From Ramazzottius varieornatus (Eukaryota > Animalia > Tardigrada), in NCBI GenBank assembly GCA_001949185.1, contig BDGG01000002.1:1571145-1635144 (forward strand): DNA of 64,000 bases. The letters run 5' to 3'. Below are positions 20,822-32,708 of the stretch, piece after piece. Each line of letters starts with the position of its first letter. Position 1 is the first letter of the stretch. Under the pieces are notes generated by a model. That model searched no databases. It was given only the letters and a program-made list of their open reading frames with translations, and was not told where the DNA came from. Both the position numbers and the translations under genes were made by a program.

Positions 20822-22272
20822 ATGGCGACGACGCGTCACCCACGCGGTAATCCCTATTCTCTCCACTTTTGGAAGAGTGCTGGACGTCCTCGTTATCTCC
20901 TCGAAACCATATTCCTCTTTTGTGCAATTGGGGTATTGTTTCTTGCCTATCGATACTTCCTCGGGGGCGAAGCAGAGGCATTCGAACAGAAGATGTGCGG
21001 CACATCGCTGCAGGAGCTATGCTCAATGAATCCTAATTTGATTGAATTTTGCAAGGTATGTGTCTCTCAAGCTCCTGCGTACCAGAAGTCAAGTTAGTAC
21101 CCTCATGCGCGTGCGTACAGGTGGACGCCGCACGCGTGTGTTTCCTTATCCAATTGACTGTTCTCATTTCATTTCTTCCCAAATGATTCCGGCTAATGCT
21201 GTTTATGTTATTACAGGTTACAGATGCTTGTGTGAATGTCCGGCAGATCAAGAAGGACGCGGAGGTGGCGGCGAAGTCGGAGTATCCGCTGGTGTTGGTT
21301 GAAGTCTTCTATGAAACACTTTGTCCCGACAGTAAAGATTTTATTATCGATCAGGTGAGCTTCGTTTAATCTGCCAAAAACCTATCAAGTTAACAGAATA
21401 CTGTTCTTGCAGATTTACCCTACGCTTCAGAAAGTCGGGGGTATCACGAATTTTTCCTTGGTGCCGTACGGAAAAGCGAAAGTAACGGATAATTTTCTTC
21501 TCAACTTGTTTCTGATTCGGGAAAACTTTGCCATGAAGGATCCATGTGCTGGTATTTTTTTAGCAAACGAAGGAGAAAGATGAGTACGTTTTTACTTGCC
21601 AACATGGAGCACAAGAGTGCAAGGGAAACACGATCCAGGTAAATCAAACTGACATGAGCGGAGACCCAAATTCAAAATCAATTTGGACTGATTGTCGTAT
21701 GCTCTTCAGACTTGTGCCATACATTTGCTCGCGAAGAAAGGATCCAACCTCGCCATCAGTCTTATTCACTGTATGGAAGTGTCGCACGATCCGTCTTCTG
21801 CAGGTCCAGCGGTAAATACGTTTTCGTTTTGCCGTAATCTTCATGATGCGAACAGAAACACAGGATTGAAATCGCTTGATTTTGCTCAGTGCGCTAAGGA
21901 TGTCGGGGTAGATTTCAAGCCTATCGAAGCTTGTGCGTCCGGTAAGATGGGTAACGAGCTTCAGCACGTTATGGCTGATCGAACGGAGAGGACGAAGCCT
22001 AAGCTGGACTGGGTTCCTTGGATAGTCGTCAATGGCGTCCATACGGAAGAAATCCAGCAGCAGGCCAGCTCGGACCTTCGTAGCCTCGTCTGCTCGACGT
22101 ACAAGGTATTCAGCCAAACAGAGCAGAGGTCGTGGCGTAATGACAACACAGTCGAGGAAATCCCAGCATTTGTTCGTCCTGCTAAGATATAGTAACTTAT
22201 CTTTATTTCGGTTTCCTTTCTTGACAACGGGTGCATTTTTAGGGACCAAAGCCTCCGGGTTGCAACGAATGA
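20822..22272 (+). CDS. IFI30: GILT-like lysosomal thiol reductase with CXXS active site
   Basis: Exons 20822-21055, 21217-21354, 21413-21481, 21564-21638, 21709-21811, 21890-22105, 22243-22272. Motifs VEVFYETLCPDS, LVPYGKA, FTCQHGAQECKGN, WVPWIVVNG. Confidence 0.92.
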
Positions 22273-24139
22273 AACGACAAGCCAGAAAAGGCGTTGTCGA
22301 ATATCGTTCGTGGTTTCATTCCTAACTTTGCGAAAAGGCCACTCGCAGTAAGTGGACAGGACTTTTGTTGTTTGAGTTTCGTTTGGTAGAGAAATCATTT
22401 TTTCTGTACTCGTGCTAGTGCTTGTAGTTTATACTCTGTCATGCCTGGAGACATTACGGAAAGAGCCCTGTTCCCTTTTACCCATGCCTTTCACTTACCT
22501 TTTTTGTTTCAATACCCTAAACATGTGATATGCTGATCATTTTGATGAACCGAGATCTCCTTAAGCTTTGACAGGACAGCAGCAGACATTACAGTAGCGC
22601 CCTGTTATGCGGTCCTTCTCGCTTGTCGGGGCTGTTGCAACATTCATAAGATAATGACGCTCACCAGTCCGAAATTATCTCGCCTATTCGATTCGGATTG
22701 GCGCTTAGATGTTTTGGTACCTAACCTCTGTGCTGCTCAAGCTGGCCCGTGGGGCCTGCTTTTTTCGTTTTTTGAAGTGAAGGAAAACATCGGGCCGACC
22801 GGGCCAGCCTCCGGCTGGCCCAACCCTTCCTCATAATCGGGTCAAACCCTCCCGTCAGTCGACCAACCCTTCCAGCTAGTCGGAAATAAACGCACTGGCC
22901 CCACGGGTCAAATCGGCTGATTGGTTGGCCCCATGGGCCTGAACTGCAGTTCTCTTGGTCCCTGTGCCATTTGGCCTCATCGTCGTCCAGACCCCAGCGC
23001 ATCCCTGCGATTGGATACTGGATATCATTCCCCAAGTCTTCCTGGTGGTCCTCCGTGGCTCCGTCCATATCTCAAAGAGCGATGTACAGTGAACCAAGGA
23101 GACCACAGTGGCGTCGATCCGAACCACTTCTTTGTGTTGCCGTCCGAAACGCAGGTGGGCGTACGAGTGGCTGACAGGCTAAATCAAGAGCCCGTTTAGC
23201 GGGCCAAGTCACTTCACTTGGCCCAGGCCTCGGCTAGCAAACCAATCTAGGATGGGAAACGATGTAGCGTATATCAATAAAACCGCCATTTGTCTGATTG
23301 ATTTTGTGCCACACTTTACTGCTATTGATTTCGGCCGCGAGTGCATTGAATCAATTCTCGCATCGTCCTAAGCTTGGAGTAGCTGACAGAAGCTTCGAAG
23401 TATTTTGTTCAGTGGTGTATGAAGTAGCAAGTTTGGTGTTTTGGCACGTTTTGGAGGCTGAAGGAAGATACTTGAAATGTAATTACAGTCCAGTCAGTCC
23501 ACCCGCTCGCGATGTTTACATCGCTCTTCGGTCTTCATTTGGCACCTGTCAAACATTTACCGTACAGCTTAACAGAATCCGAAGAAAGTGACGTCAACAG
23601 CTCACAACAATCATTTCGAATGCAAATCAACTGCTTGTCAGCCATCATGTGCTTCCGCTACGTGAGTGAACGAGCAATCGAATATGCGTATGGTGTGCTC
23701 TTGTGTTCACGAGGGTTTTGAAACTCTGAAATCGAACAGCGGTGTACACATCTCGAGCGAGTGTACCTGGTACTGTACACCGTGTGCAGAAGACTCCGGA
23801 CCACGGCGGAGACCTTTCGCTTTTCTTTCACGACTTTCTACCCTTTAAGGTTCTCCGTCATCCTTACCAGCTACGGTGACGGTTCTTTTGCTTGTTTGTG
23901 GGGAGCTTTGCAACAGCGGGACCCTCGACTGACCAGCGCTACGTCTTTCACAAGACACAGCTTCTGCTTGTAGTAACGATTCAATTCGCGATGTCCAGTC
24001 GTAGCAACAACAACCCAAAGACAGGATTTGGAAATGTACATTAGATCTAAATGAGTGAACAGCTTTCTACGATGACTCATACGGTCTATGATTCATTCTA
24101 CAGCTCCGCGGGAAGGCCAGCCTTTTGGGCGGAGCTTTC

Positions 24140-24451
24140 GCAAAATGTAATTACAACTTTTAAAAGCCAAAATCTGCTGTATTTTGAGTATTTTGCCGCT
24201 GGAAATCTTAAATTTGGCTGACTTACCTGCAAAAATGTCAGAAACCTCCTGAATATGGTCATTTTGTAACCGTATTTTTATCTATATTTTATGCAAACGC
24301 AGACATAGCTGGTTTATCATTCTCGTCGTTCCCTACCACTTTTAGCCGCCCGGTTTGTAAAATATAAACTGGTGTAAAATGTAATTACACTTTTACAAGT
24401 ACACTATTTTACATTACAATTTACATTACACGGACCTGCTCATCATTACTG
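24140..24451. repeat. Partial inverted copy of the hAT-like element at 4301
   Basis: The reverse complement matches about 4301-4630 (GATAAACCAGCTATGTCT, AAAATACGGTT, GGCAAAATACTC), including the TIR-like end GCTCATCATTA. Confidence 0.8.
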
Positions 24452-24749
24452 TTACCAGTAAGTTTCCCACAAAAATTTCATCAAGCCGGAACGAACCTGA
24501 GGTGGGCCGAGAAAGTGATCGGATCCGGTTTGGGCGATCAATGTCATTACAGCAAAAAGTTACTGAACGTTTCCCTTTCGGTTTGCATAGGCACGTCCAG
24601 ATTTCAAACAAAAGCACAAACCTGTTCTATCAAACAACCTATCTTTCAAAGTGTTGTCAGCTTCTGAGCAGTGCGTATCGACTGTCAAGTCTGCCGTCTG
24701 GGCATGAGATGTACTCCATTATCTTGGAATGTAGATTGAGAGGAGCCGT

Positions 24750-27700
24750 CCTAACGATGTGAAGGAGCGGCAGCGGTAGTAGGTGCGCAGGACTCCTTGG
24801 ACCAGTGGATCAACTCAACAACTGTCTCACCAACTCTGCTCCTTACCAACTCGCTGAACCTCAAACCGGACTTGGCCTCTGGATAAACACCGTCAGCAGG
24901 ACATCGCTGTGCAACTCTGCCATATTCTCCGATAAAGCCAAGAGGCAAGCTGGAATGAACGGACTTTAAGGAAGCTCATCCTCTCAAAGGCGTCTTGCCC
25001 GGAAATGGGAAGCTGATGTCTTGGTCAAATCAAAGGCTAGATGTACATGTCGTCCGGTGTATGATAGAACAATAGCCATGAAAATCCACGATCTCCAACC
25101 GGATCCCTCCAACGGGATCTCGCTTCTCCCTAACTACTTCCTCATCCCCATGATGTTATTGCCCTTTGCCCAAGAAGAACAACTCCGGGAGACAAGCACG
25201 CTTGCTCCCGGATCGCAGTAGGTTGTTCTCCTCATCCGGGCGTGACATATTTCTCAGCTGAACGTCCTTGCTGTGTCCCGGTTCTTTTGCAGGCAATCAA
25301 CGAATCAACCACGAGAAACATCGTCGCCAACCAGTTTGCTTCCTCATCTCCATCCTTCCTCAGCTCGCGTCCTCTTCTCCGCTATCGCCTTACAAGAACA
25401 ACTCCGGGGGATAAGCACGCTTCCCCCGGATCGCTGTAGGTTGTTTCCCTTGTACGACAAGCGGAAAGAGTGTTAGCGAGGAGAATTTTGGTTTGAGGTT
25501 TTGTTGCAGAATATGCATCTAGCCTGATCTCCTCATGGCTACGCCCGATCCCAAGATACCCTGCGGAAAATGTGGTCTGTTCACAGTCAGAGGAATGAAC
25601 AGACATGTTGACCAACGGCCATGTTTAGCTCAGCAGGAAAAGAACAGAAGAGATGGCCTTTCTTCCTCAAGTCAGGCATCGCACGCAACTACGACCACTG
25701 ATCAGCTGATCGACTCCAAGCCTATCCTTTCGTTGCTGCAGAAACTCAGAACAACGACAAGGATCATCAGGAGGATTACAAAGGGTGCCCGCATGACAGC
25801 AGCTACCAGCTTTACCGACAAACTGGAAGACGTCCTGCAGCAGAAGTCAGATTCGTCCTAGCGTAAATTATTCCTGTTCAGTTTCGCAGGTCTGAAGCAA
25901 CCGGAAGTGAAGAACAACAAGAAACCCAATCTTACCACCACCGTCACGAACAACCTCTCGAGACAACAGCTCGACATCTCCAAGGGAGAGAAGATGAAGC
26001 AGTCTCCAAGGGAGAGAAGAAAAGCAAGAAGCAGACAGCGGAAGCCTCGGTGAAGAAAATCGTGGAAGGCAAGATCAACGACGGTGATATAAGCGGAGCG
26101 CTTTGGGTCTTATCGTCCGAAGATTCGGTACCGGTCGTCTCAACCGAAGTTCTTGACATCTTAAGAGCCAAGCATCCTCCTGAGAGCCCAGATGCAGTCT
26201 TCAAAGAGAGACCTGACGATGCAGCGCTTCCACCCGAGGTAACGGTAGAGGAAGTGGTAGCAGCAGTTCGGAGTTTTCCAAATGGCTCAGCTGGTGGTTT
26301 CGATGGCTTACGACCTCAGCACATCAAGGATATGTTGGCAGGCGCTTCGAATGGAGCAACAGTGGCCTTGGCGGAAGCACTGGCGAAGCTCATGACTCAG
26401 ATATTGCATGGTAAAGTGCCGGACAATGTACGTGAGGTACTGTGGCGCTTCCCCGACAGCTCTGAAGAAGAAAGATGGCGGTATTCGTCCCATTGCCGTG
26501 GGTTACACACTACGTCGCCTTGCGGGTAAGATTATTGGGAAAAGAATTGGGAGCGAAATGGAGCAAAGAGTGAGACCGGAGCAGGTGGGATGCGGTACGA
26601 GAGGCGGAGCAGAAGCAGCAGTTCGTGCTGTGCGGAGTTTCCTGGAAGAAGGAAAAACCGCAAGCCAAATTCTGCTCAAGCTCGACTCCATAAACGCCTT
26701 TAACACCATTCGTCGGGATGTGCTTATCCAAATCGTCCATGACACCGTGCCAATGTATCTACCCTTCGTGTGGCAGTCTTACAGGCGACCGTCAAAGTTG
26801 GTGTATGGCGAGCATGTCTTAGAATCAGCAAGCGGTGTCCAGCAGGGGGATCCTCTAGGTCCCTTGTTGTTTTGTCTGGTGATTGAGAGGCTGACCAAGA
26901 GCCTTACTTCGCCTTTGAATGCCTGGTACCTCGACGACGGTACCATTGGAGGGGATGTTGATTGTGTTGTTTCAGATTTACAGATTGTTATGACGAAAGG
27001 ACTGGAGCAGGGCTTGGAACTCAGTACTTCCAAGTGCGAGCTGTTTTCCTTTGGCGGTTCGCACCAGGAGCGGGTTGCCATCAGGCAGAAGGTGAACGTT
27101 TTTTGCCCCGGCATTCTACTCCCTTCCAGGAGTGAGCTGAGCCTGCTGGGAGCCCCCTTCATGGAAGAGGGCTTGGAAGAAGCTGTCCGAGCGAAGACAG
27201 GTCCGATGAAAGTTGTCAGCAAAAGACTCTGCTTCATGCACGTCCATCAAGCTCTCCTGCACATTCTGCGGTCCTCGTCGGTGTGGAAATTCTCAGAAGT
27301 GCTGAAGGAGTTCGACGAGGTGGTACGCTCGAGTCTAGCGGAAATCACCAACGTCCAGATGTCTGTCGAGCCATGGCGTCATGCAACGTTTCCAGTCGGT
27401 TTAGGTGGACTGGGCATCCGTCGTGCGGAAGAGGTCGCACTCCCAGCCTTTTTGGCTTCGATCCACTCCGCTCAATAACTGGTGCTCAGCATCCTCCCTG
27501 GTGCCGCTTTTGACAGCGAAACTGATCTCGCTTTGACCAGGTGGACCTTCCTGACGACAGCTGATCCTCCCCTTCCTGAGTTGCTGATGACGCAACTCAG
27601 GAAGGCTGGGACCTTCCTCTTCTAAAGAACAGCCATGGCGCAATGGTAAGTGCTGCTTCACTCAACACTAAAGCCCGTCTTTTAGCTGTTTCAGACAAAA

Positions 27701-28500
27701 AGTCGGGATCATGGCTCCACGCACTTCCGGCTTCCACACTCGGAAACCTTCTGGACGACAACACACTACGAGTAAACAAAGGTTTGCGTCTAGGCGCAAA
27801 ACCATGCAGACCTCACGTGTGTCGGTGCGGAAAGATGGTGGACGAGCTCGGACAGCACGGCTTGAGCTGCAAGTACAGCGCCGGACGCCACAGTCGTCAC
27901 AATGCACTGAAAGAGTCCCTTCGCCGAGCGTTAGCCACCGCTCAGGTGCCTGCGATCCTGGAACCACCGGGAATTTTCCGTGCGGACAAGCGACGGCCTG
28001 ACAGAATGTCACAAGTCCCATGGAAGAATGGAAAGGAGCTAGTGTGGGACGTGACAGTTGTCGACACGTTGGCTCAGATGACCGTTGTCGATTCGTCGAG
28101 GAGAGCAGGATCGGCTGCGGAAGAAGCTGAAAAGAGGAAGAAGGCAAAATATGCTGACATCGGCCAGCAGTTCTCCTTTTATCCAGTCGGACTGGAGACC
28201 CTTGGACCGTGGGGACCTTCAGCAACGGAACTTTTTGAGACAGTTGGTAAAAAGATGTCTGAGATAACTGGCGAGGCTCGTTCTTTACAATCTTTTAAGC
28301 AGCGCGTGTCTATTGACATTCAGCGTGGTAATTAGTTTTCTGTTATTTCAACTGTTAAAGATCAGAAAGGTCTTGATGATATGTTTTTGGTTTTGGATGT
28401 TAAAAAAGGAAAATCTGTACCGTAAGCTTTTGACGTGTTTTTTCTTGTTTAGATTTGTCTTTCTTCCTTTTGGAAACTGAATATTATCTTGAATAAAGTG
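24750..28500 (+). mobile_element. Degenerate CRE-clade-like non-LTR retrotransposon (RT plus restriction-like endonuclease)
   Basis: Broken ORF from 25535 to about 28425. N-terminal Zn finger CGKC..H..C; RT motifs GSAGGFDGLRPQH, IRPIAVG, NAFNTI, GVQQGDPLGPLLF, WYLDDG; CRCG..HGLSC, RHNAL, RPD, WDVTV, KKAKY, ETLGPWG. Stops at 25859, 27476 and 28333, frameshift near 26445, AATAAA at 28492. The 5' boundary is uncertain. Confidence 0.9.
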
Positions 28501-29557
28501 TGGAACTCTTTCAAAACCTGTTCGGCAACAGTTGCTAAACTATTAATGGAAAGAGCGCATCGACTTGAAAAGTTTGGGAAACATTTCGGGCAAACATTTT
28601 TCAAATACTGTAGTTTTGATGTTTATTGACTTCGTGGAATAGTTTTGATGTTAAAGAATGCTGAGGAGCCACAGTATTTTAATTCAGTCAGAAACTATAA
28701 AAAAAGTAGTGGACAGAAAAATGTGATTCACTGAAAAGCCAACCTTACACTGCCGCACAACGACTGCTTCGATCGGTTTTTGTACCTGTGCCGGAATAGT
28801 TCCCCAGCAGTTTTGAAGCTTCAGGTTCGCTTAGGCATCACCATTACGTGTACTAGAAACTCAGTTCTACCTTTGACAAAAACAGCTTGTGGTTTTTGTC
28901 GCCGAAACGCTTCAGAGGGGAGCTTTTTCGCCAAAAGAAGTAAATTCTGACGGCACTGTCAGTTTAAGATTTTTGTCTTCTGCCTAACTGTCAAGGGTAG
29001 CTTCCCCCGCACGGATATCGGTATCGTGTGAGTTCTCAGACCTTCTGGTGAAATTTCTAGACGCTATTTTGTTAGAGGTATCCAAAATAAATTGACGTCT
29101 GGAATTTCTCCCAAAGTCATGTTCCGATGGAATTTCTTCCTCGAGTGTCTCGAAACAAAGGCAACTATTTGTTAGTTCTAACAGAAGAAGAAAAATCTGA
29201 ATTCGAGCAGCGGAGAATTTTTCTGTGAAAGAGAACGACCGGAGGGAGAACTTGGCTGGAACAGACTGTATTTCACCTGCATGAAGCCTCGTCCAGGTCA
29301 CCTGATTTTGCTTGGCGAGATGAGACGAGTTCCGCGATCATCAACGGTGGACAAACAGCAACACAGATGTAGGAAACAACTCACGGTCCAGAAATGATTT
29401 TTTCTTACGTGAAACGTATCCACAAAATCGGGCCAAAACAACAATCACATCTCAAGAAACGGTAAATCCCACTCCTACTTATTTCAAAGCCTTCATCAAA
29501 AACACAAAAATGTGGGTACATAATTGCACAGAGATACACATTATCACAGTCACAAAG

Positions 29558-32313
29558 TCAGGAAGTTGGGGAACTATCTTGTTCAGCTGAACTCGTTGAA
29601 TCTGGAACCGCCACTCTTGTCCGCCGCGCTTTCCACTTGGCGATCAGTGCCTTCACTTTATTCTTCAGCTTGACCAGCGGTCTCTGCGCACTTTCTTTCT
29701 CACCCACCACAAGACTCTTACTCGTATACGCATGTATGGGACCAAAAGCCAAGGCTAACACGGTGCACGTCATGCAAATCACGTTATAAGGCATACTAAA
29801 GTCAGGCGTGGGAAGGTTGACCAACAGAGCTTCGGTGTATAGTCTCAGGAAGCACGAGTCGAATCCCGGCATCATGGTAACGTGAGAGCACTGCTCAGGA
29901 CTCTTCAACATGACCGCTACGACGGCAGGTGGAACGTCGAAGCCCCGATGGGCGTCGGGCGGGTACTCGGTCCACTTGAGCAACGTCAGGTCGAACTCGA
30001 CGGCAAACTCTATGGAAGAAGCGGACGGAATGTCGAAGAGTAGCTCGATGTGGTGTGGAGCGATGCGGTCGCGTGCTGGTCGGAAGTGTGAGCGGAGAAT
30101 GGGCACCGAGAGCCTAAGCGTGTGCAGGTATACTCGTAGGAACCTATGAAACGACACAGTTCGTTAGACACCTGCATACTTATTAGACGGACCGAATCGT
30201 TAGATTCTGCATGCAGGTACGTGACAGATCGAGGACTGTCCGTGACAAGCCATCACAAACCTGCATGCAATTCAACTCCGTGTAACAGGTGGTACAGTGT
30301 ATGTAGGTACGTGGTAGCCTGACTTTCCACGCTTTACTTTTCGGTTGGGAAAGACGTACCACGGAAGAACTTCGAGGTACTGGACGCGAAGAGCTGAGGT
30401 TGGGTCGTGGTTTTCCAGACGGCATTTGATGGCCCCTTTGTGCTGTCCGTACCCGGCCACAAAGCGGTGAGTCGTAAGGAGGGGCTCGTGTAAACCCGGC
30501 TGAACCGTCGAAGGGCTTTTTCCACTGAGAGTAAACTTTGGCCTGAAGAGAATAATTAACCTAATGTGGCGAATAGTAAATGAGACAAAAGGGTTTTCAA
30601 GGAAGACCGTACCCGTTGAACGTTGTACTATTTGCAAGATCGTAAACAGCCAGACGATGGTTATTCTCGGGTAGGGCCATCGTGAATGACGGGAAAGGCT
30701 GCAAAGCCATCTCCTGCATCGGTGAACCAGGCAAGCCTTGGTCGACGTAGATGAGGCTTTGGTCAGCGAGTGGGCAACCACGTTCCAGCTCAACCTCGAA
30801 AATGTCCTTCAGCGACCAGTCTAAAGGCACAAAAGAACGATAAGTATGATCATGTGGAAAACTACTCCTTGTCGTACGATTGTGCTTACGGAGCTTGTTG
30901 AAGTCCTGGACGGAACCCGGCTGGATAACGGCGGTGGCAGTGAAAGTGGCTTGAAGCAGCTGTTCTTCGACGGCGCAGGATTTTCGATTGTCATTGTTAC
31001 ACACCGGTCGGACATTCAATGCCAGGCTAAAGTAGTGGGAAGACAAGAGCTTGATGGCGTTTAGCAGTCGTGCCAGACCGCTTTGTTCGCCACACGGCAA
31101 AAGCTTTTTCCAAGGAGTCAGATTCTCCGTGCAGACGTTTTCCCGAGGTAACGTACTATACCTTACCAGGCTGTTGTTAACACTTCCAGCCCTTGTTAGA
31201 CCTAGTAAGAAACCAAGAAATAGTATCAAAGGATCGGACGATAAAGATAAAATCTTTCCAAAAGCTCATAAACGACACTTCAAGAGGATAGAACCGACGA
31301 CCATCCGCTCGCGAGTCGCGCATCCACTCAACTGAACCAACCCGTTGTGGTCCAGTCATTCACCACGAATGGCGCCGGGTACAGCTGCAAGTTCGAGTTC
31401 GATCCCCCTGATTCCTCCAATTGTTTTTTCTCTTTAGTCGGAACTCGGAAGCAGTGTTCAGCAGGTAAACATTCCGTGCTACTCAGCATGGCTCGCCATA
31501 TCATGGTAAAGATCCGAAATGGTTCAGATTGATGAAAATTCACTCGGGGTACCGGAATGTTTCCCTGCCGAACACTGCTCGGAAGTCAAGTTTAAATTCT
31601 GACTTACCTTGCGGACGGAACTGCCAGACGGGTGAGATCGACTTGGCGTTGGTCACATCATTCAAAGTGGCACAGAACAGTCCTGCCAAGGAGTTCGTCA
31701 AGCCTTTCCAGCGTTGATCGACGGAATGTTGGCTGGCAGCGGAAGAGAAAGGTGTCGAGGTGTCGTCGGGACTAAACCAAGCATAGACTTGTGCGCCAGT
31801 CGGTGCCCAGGCTTCAGCTGCATAGCCCCACTGTCGGTGTCGGTACAAACCCTGCGTCAACACCAGATGCAGCTCCTCCAAAGCATGCTTTTCCATAACG
31901 TCGGCCACACTCTTGGGAAACAAGTCCACATGACCATCTGCAATCGGAATAAACACTTAAGCCAAAAACAAAGGACTTCCGCCGATGTCACAATTCACAA
32001 ATGCACTAATATCAAGCGACGTTATCGCAGCAGAAATTCAAAATTCGAAATGCTAACCGTCCCACCGTTTGTACGACAGAAACTTACAATGTGCTCGACG
32101 GGGAGTGGTGATGGTAAACTTAAACTGCAGATGGAGATGTTCCGTGTCCAACGGCGTAATCAGCAGCTCCTCTCTAAACGAATCTGCAAGTAAGTGTTGA
32201 ACTGATGATGAATCGCCGGATGATGCGGCGCATTCTGTCCATCGTCCGCAGCACATAAGGATGGCCAGCAACCTCAATCCTACGTTTTTACGCCTAAAAT
32301 TCGATGGTTCCAT
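29558..32313 (-). CDS. PIGT: GPI transamidase component PIG-T (multi-exon)
   Basis: Signal peptide; FREELLITPL, DLFPKS..ELHLVLTQG, WKGLTNSLAGLFCA, LPRENVCTENLTPWKKLLPC, LKWTEYPPDAHRGF, LPTPDFSMPYNVIC, and a C-terminal TM. Confidence 0.95.
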
Positions 32314-32708
32314 GAACGCTGACTCCGCTATCTAACTGTGCTCGCTGGACGGTGGATGGACATCAAACCTCAACCTGCAACAACAAGAGAAACATTGAAC
32401 GACGGACGTACGGTCGTCGGTCGGCGCCTCGACGATTAAATTTGCTACCGTCAATCCATGCATACACCGCTCGCCAATCCATCGAGGCTTTATATAGGAG
32501 GAGTCATCTCGATTGATTGGCGTTCTCCTTGATCACACGGAAACAAACGGTTCGGGATTTGCGAATCGCGATTGCGATTCAAAATTTAAATTTATACTTC
32601 CGGTCGTACGTACGTTGAAGTTATTCCCAACTTCTGAACCTCAAATGTACCTTTCTGTGTTTCAGGGAGGGCCGAGCAATCGGACAGAAAGGACGGGTGT
32701 TCTTCTGG

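Noticed and set aside
22721-23127. Minus-strand ORFs resembling an RTE-type RT C-terminus (PRRTTRKTW)
   Set aside because: The similarity is too short and broken to support a call.
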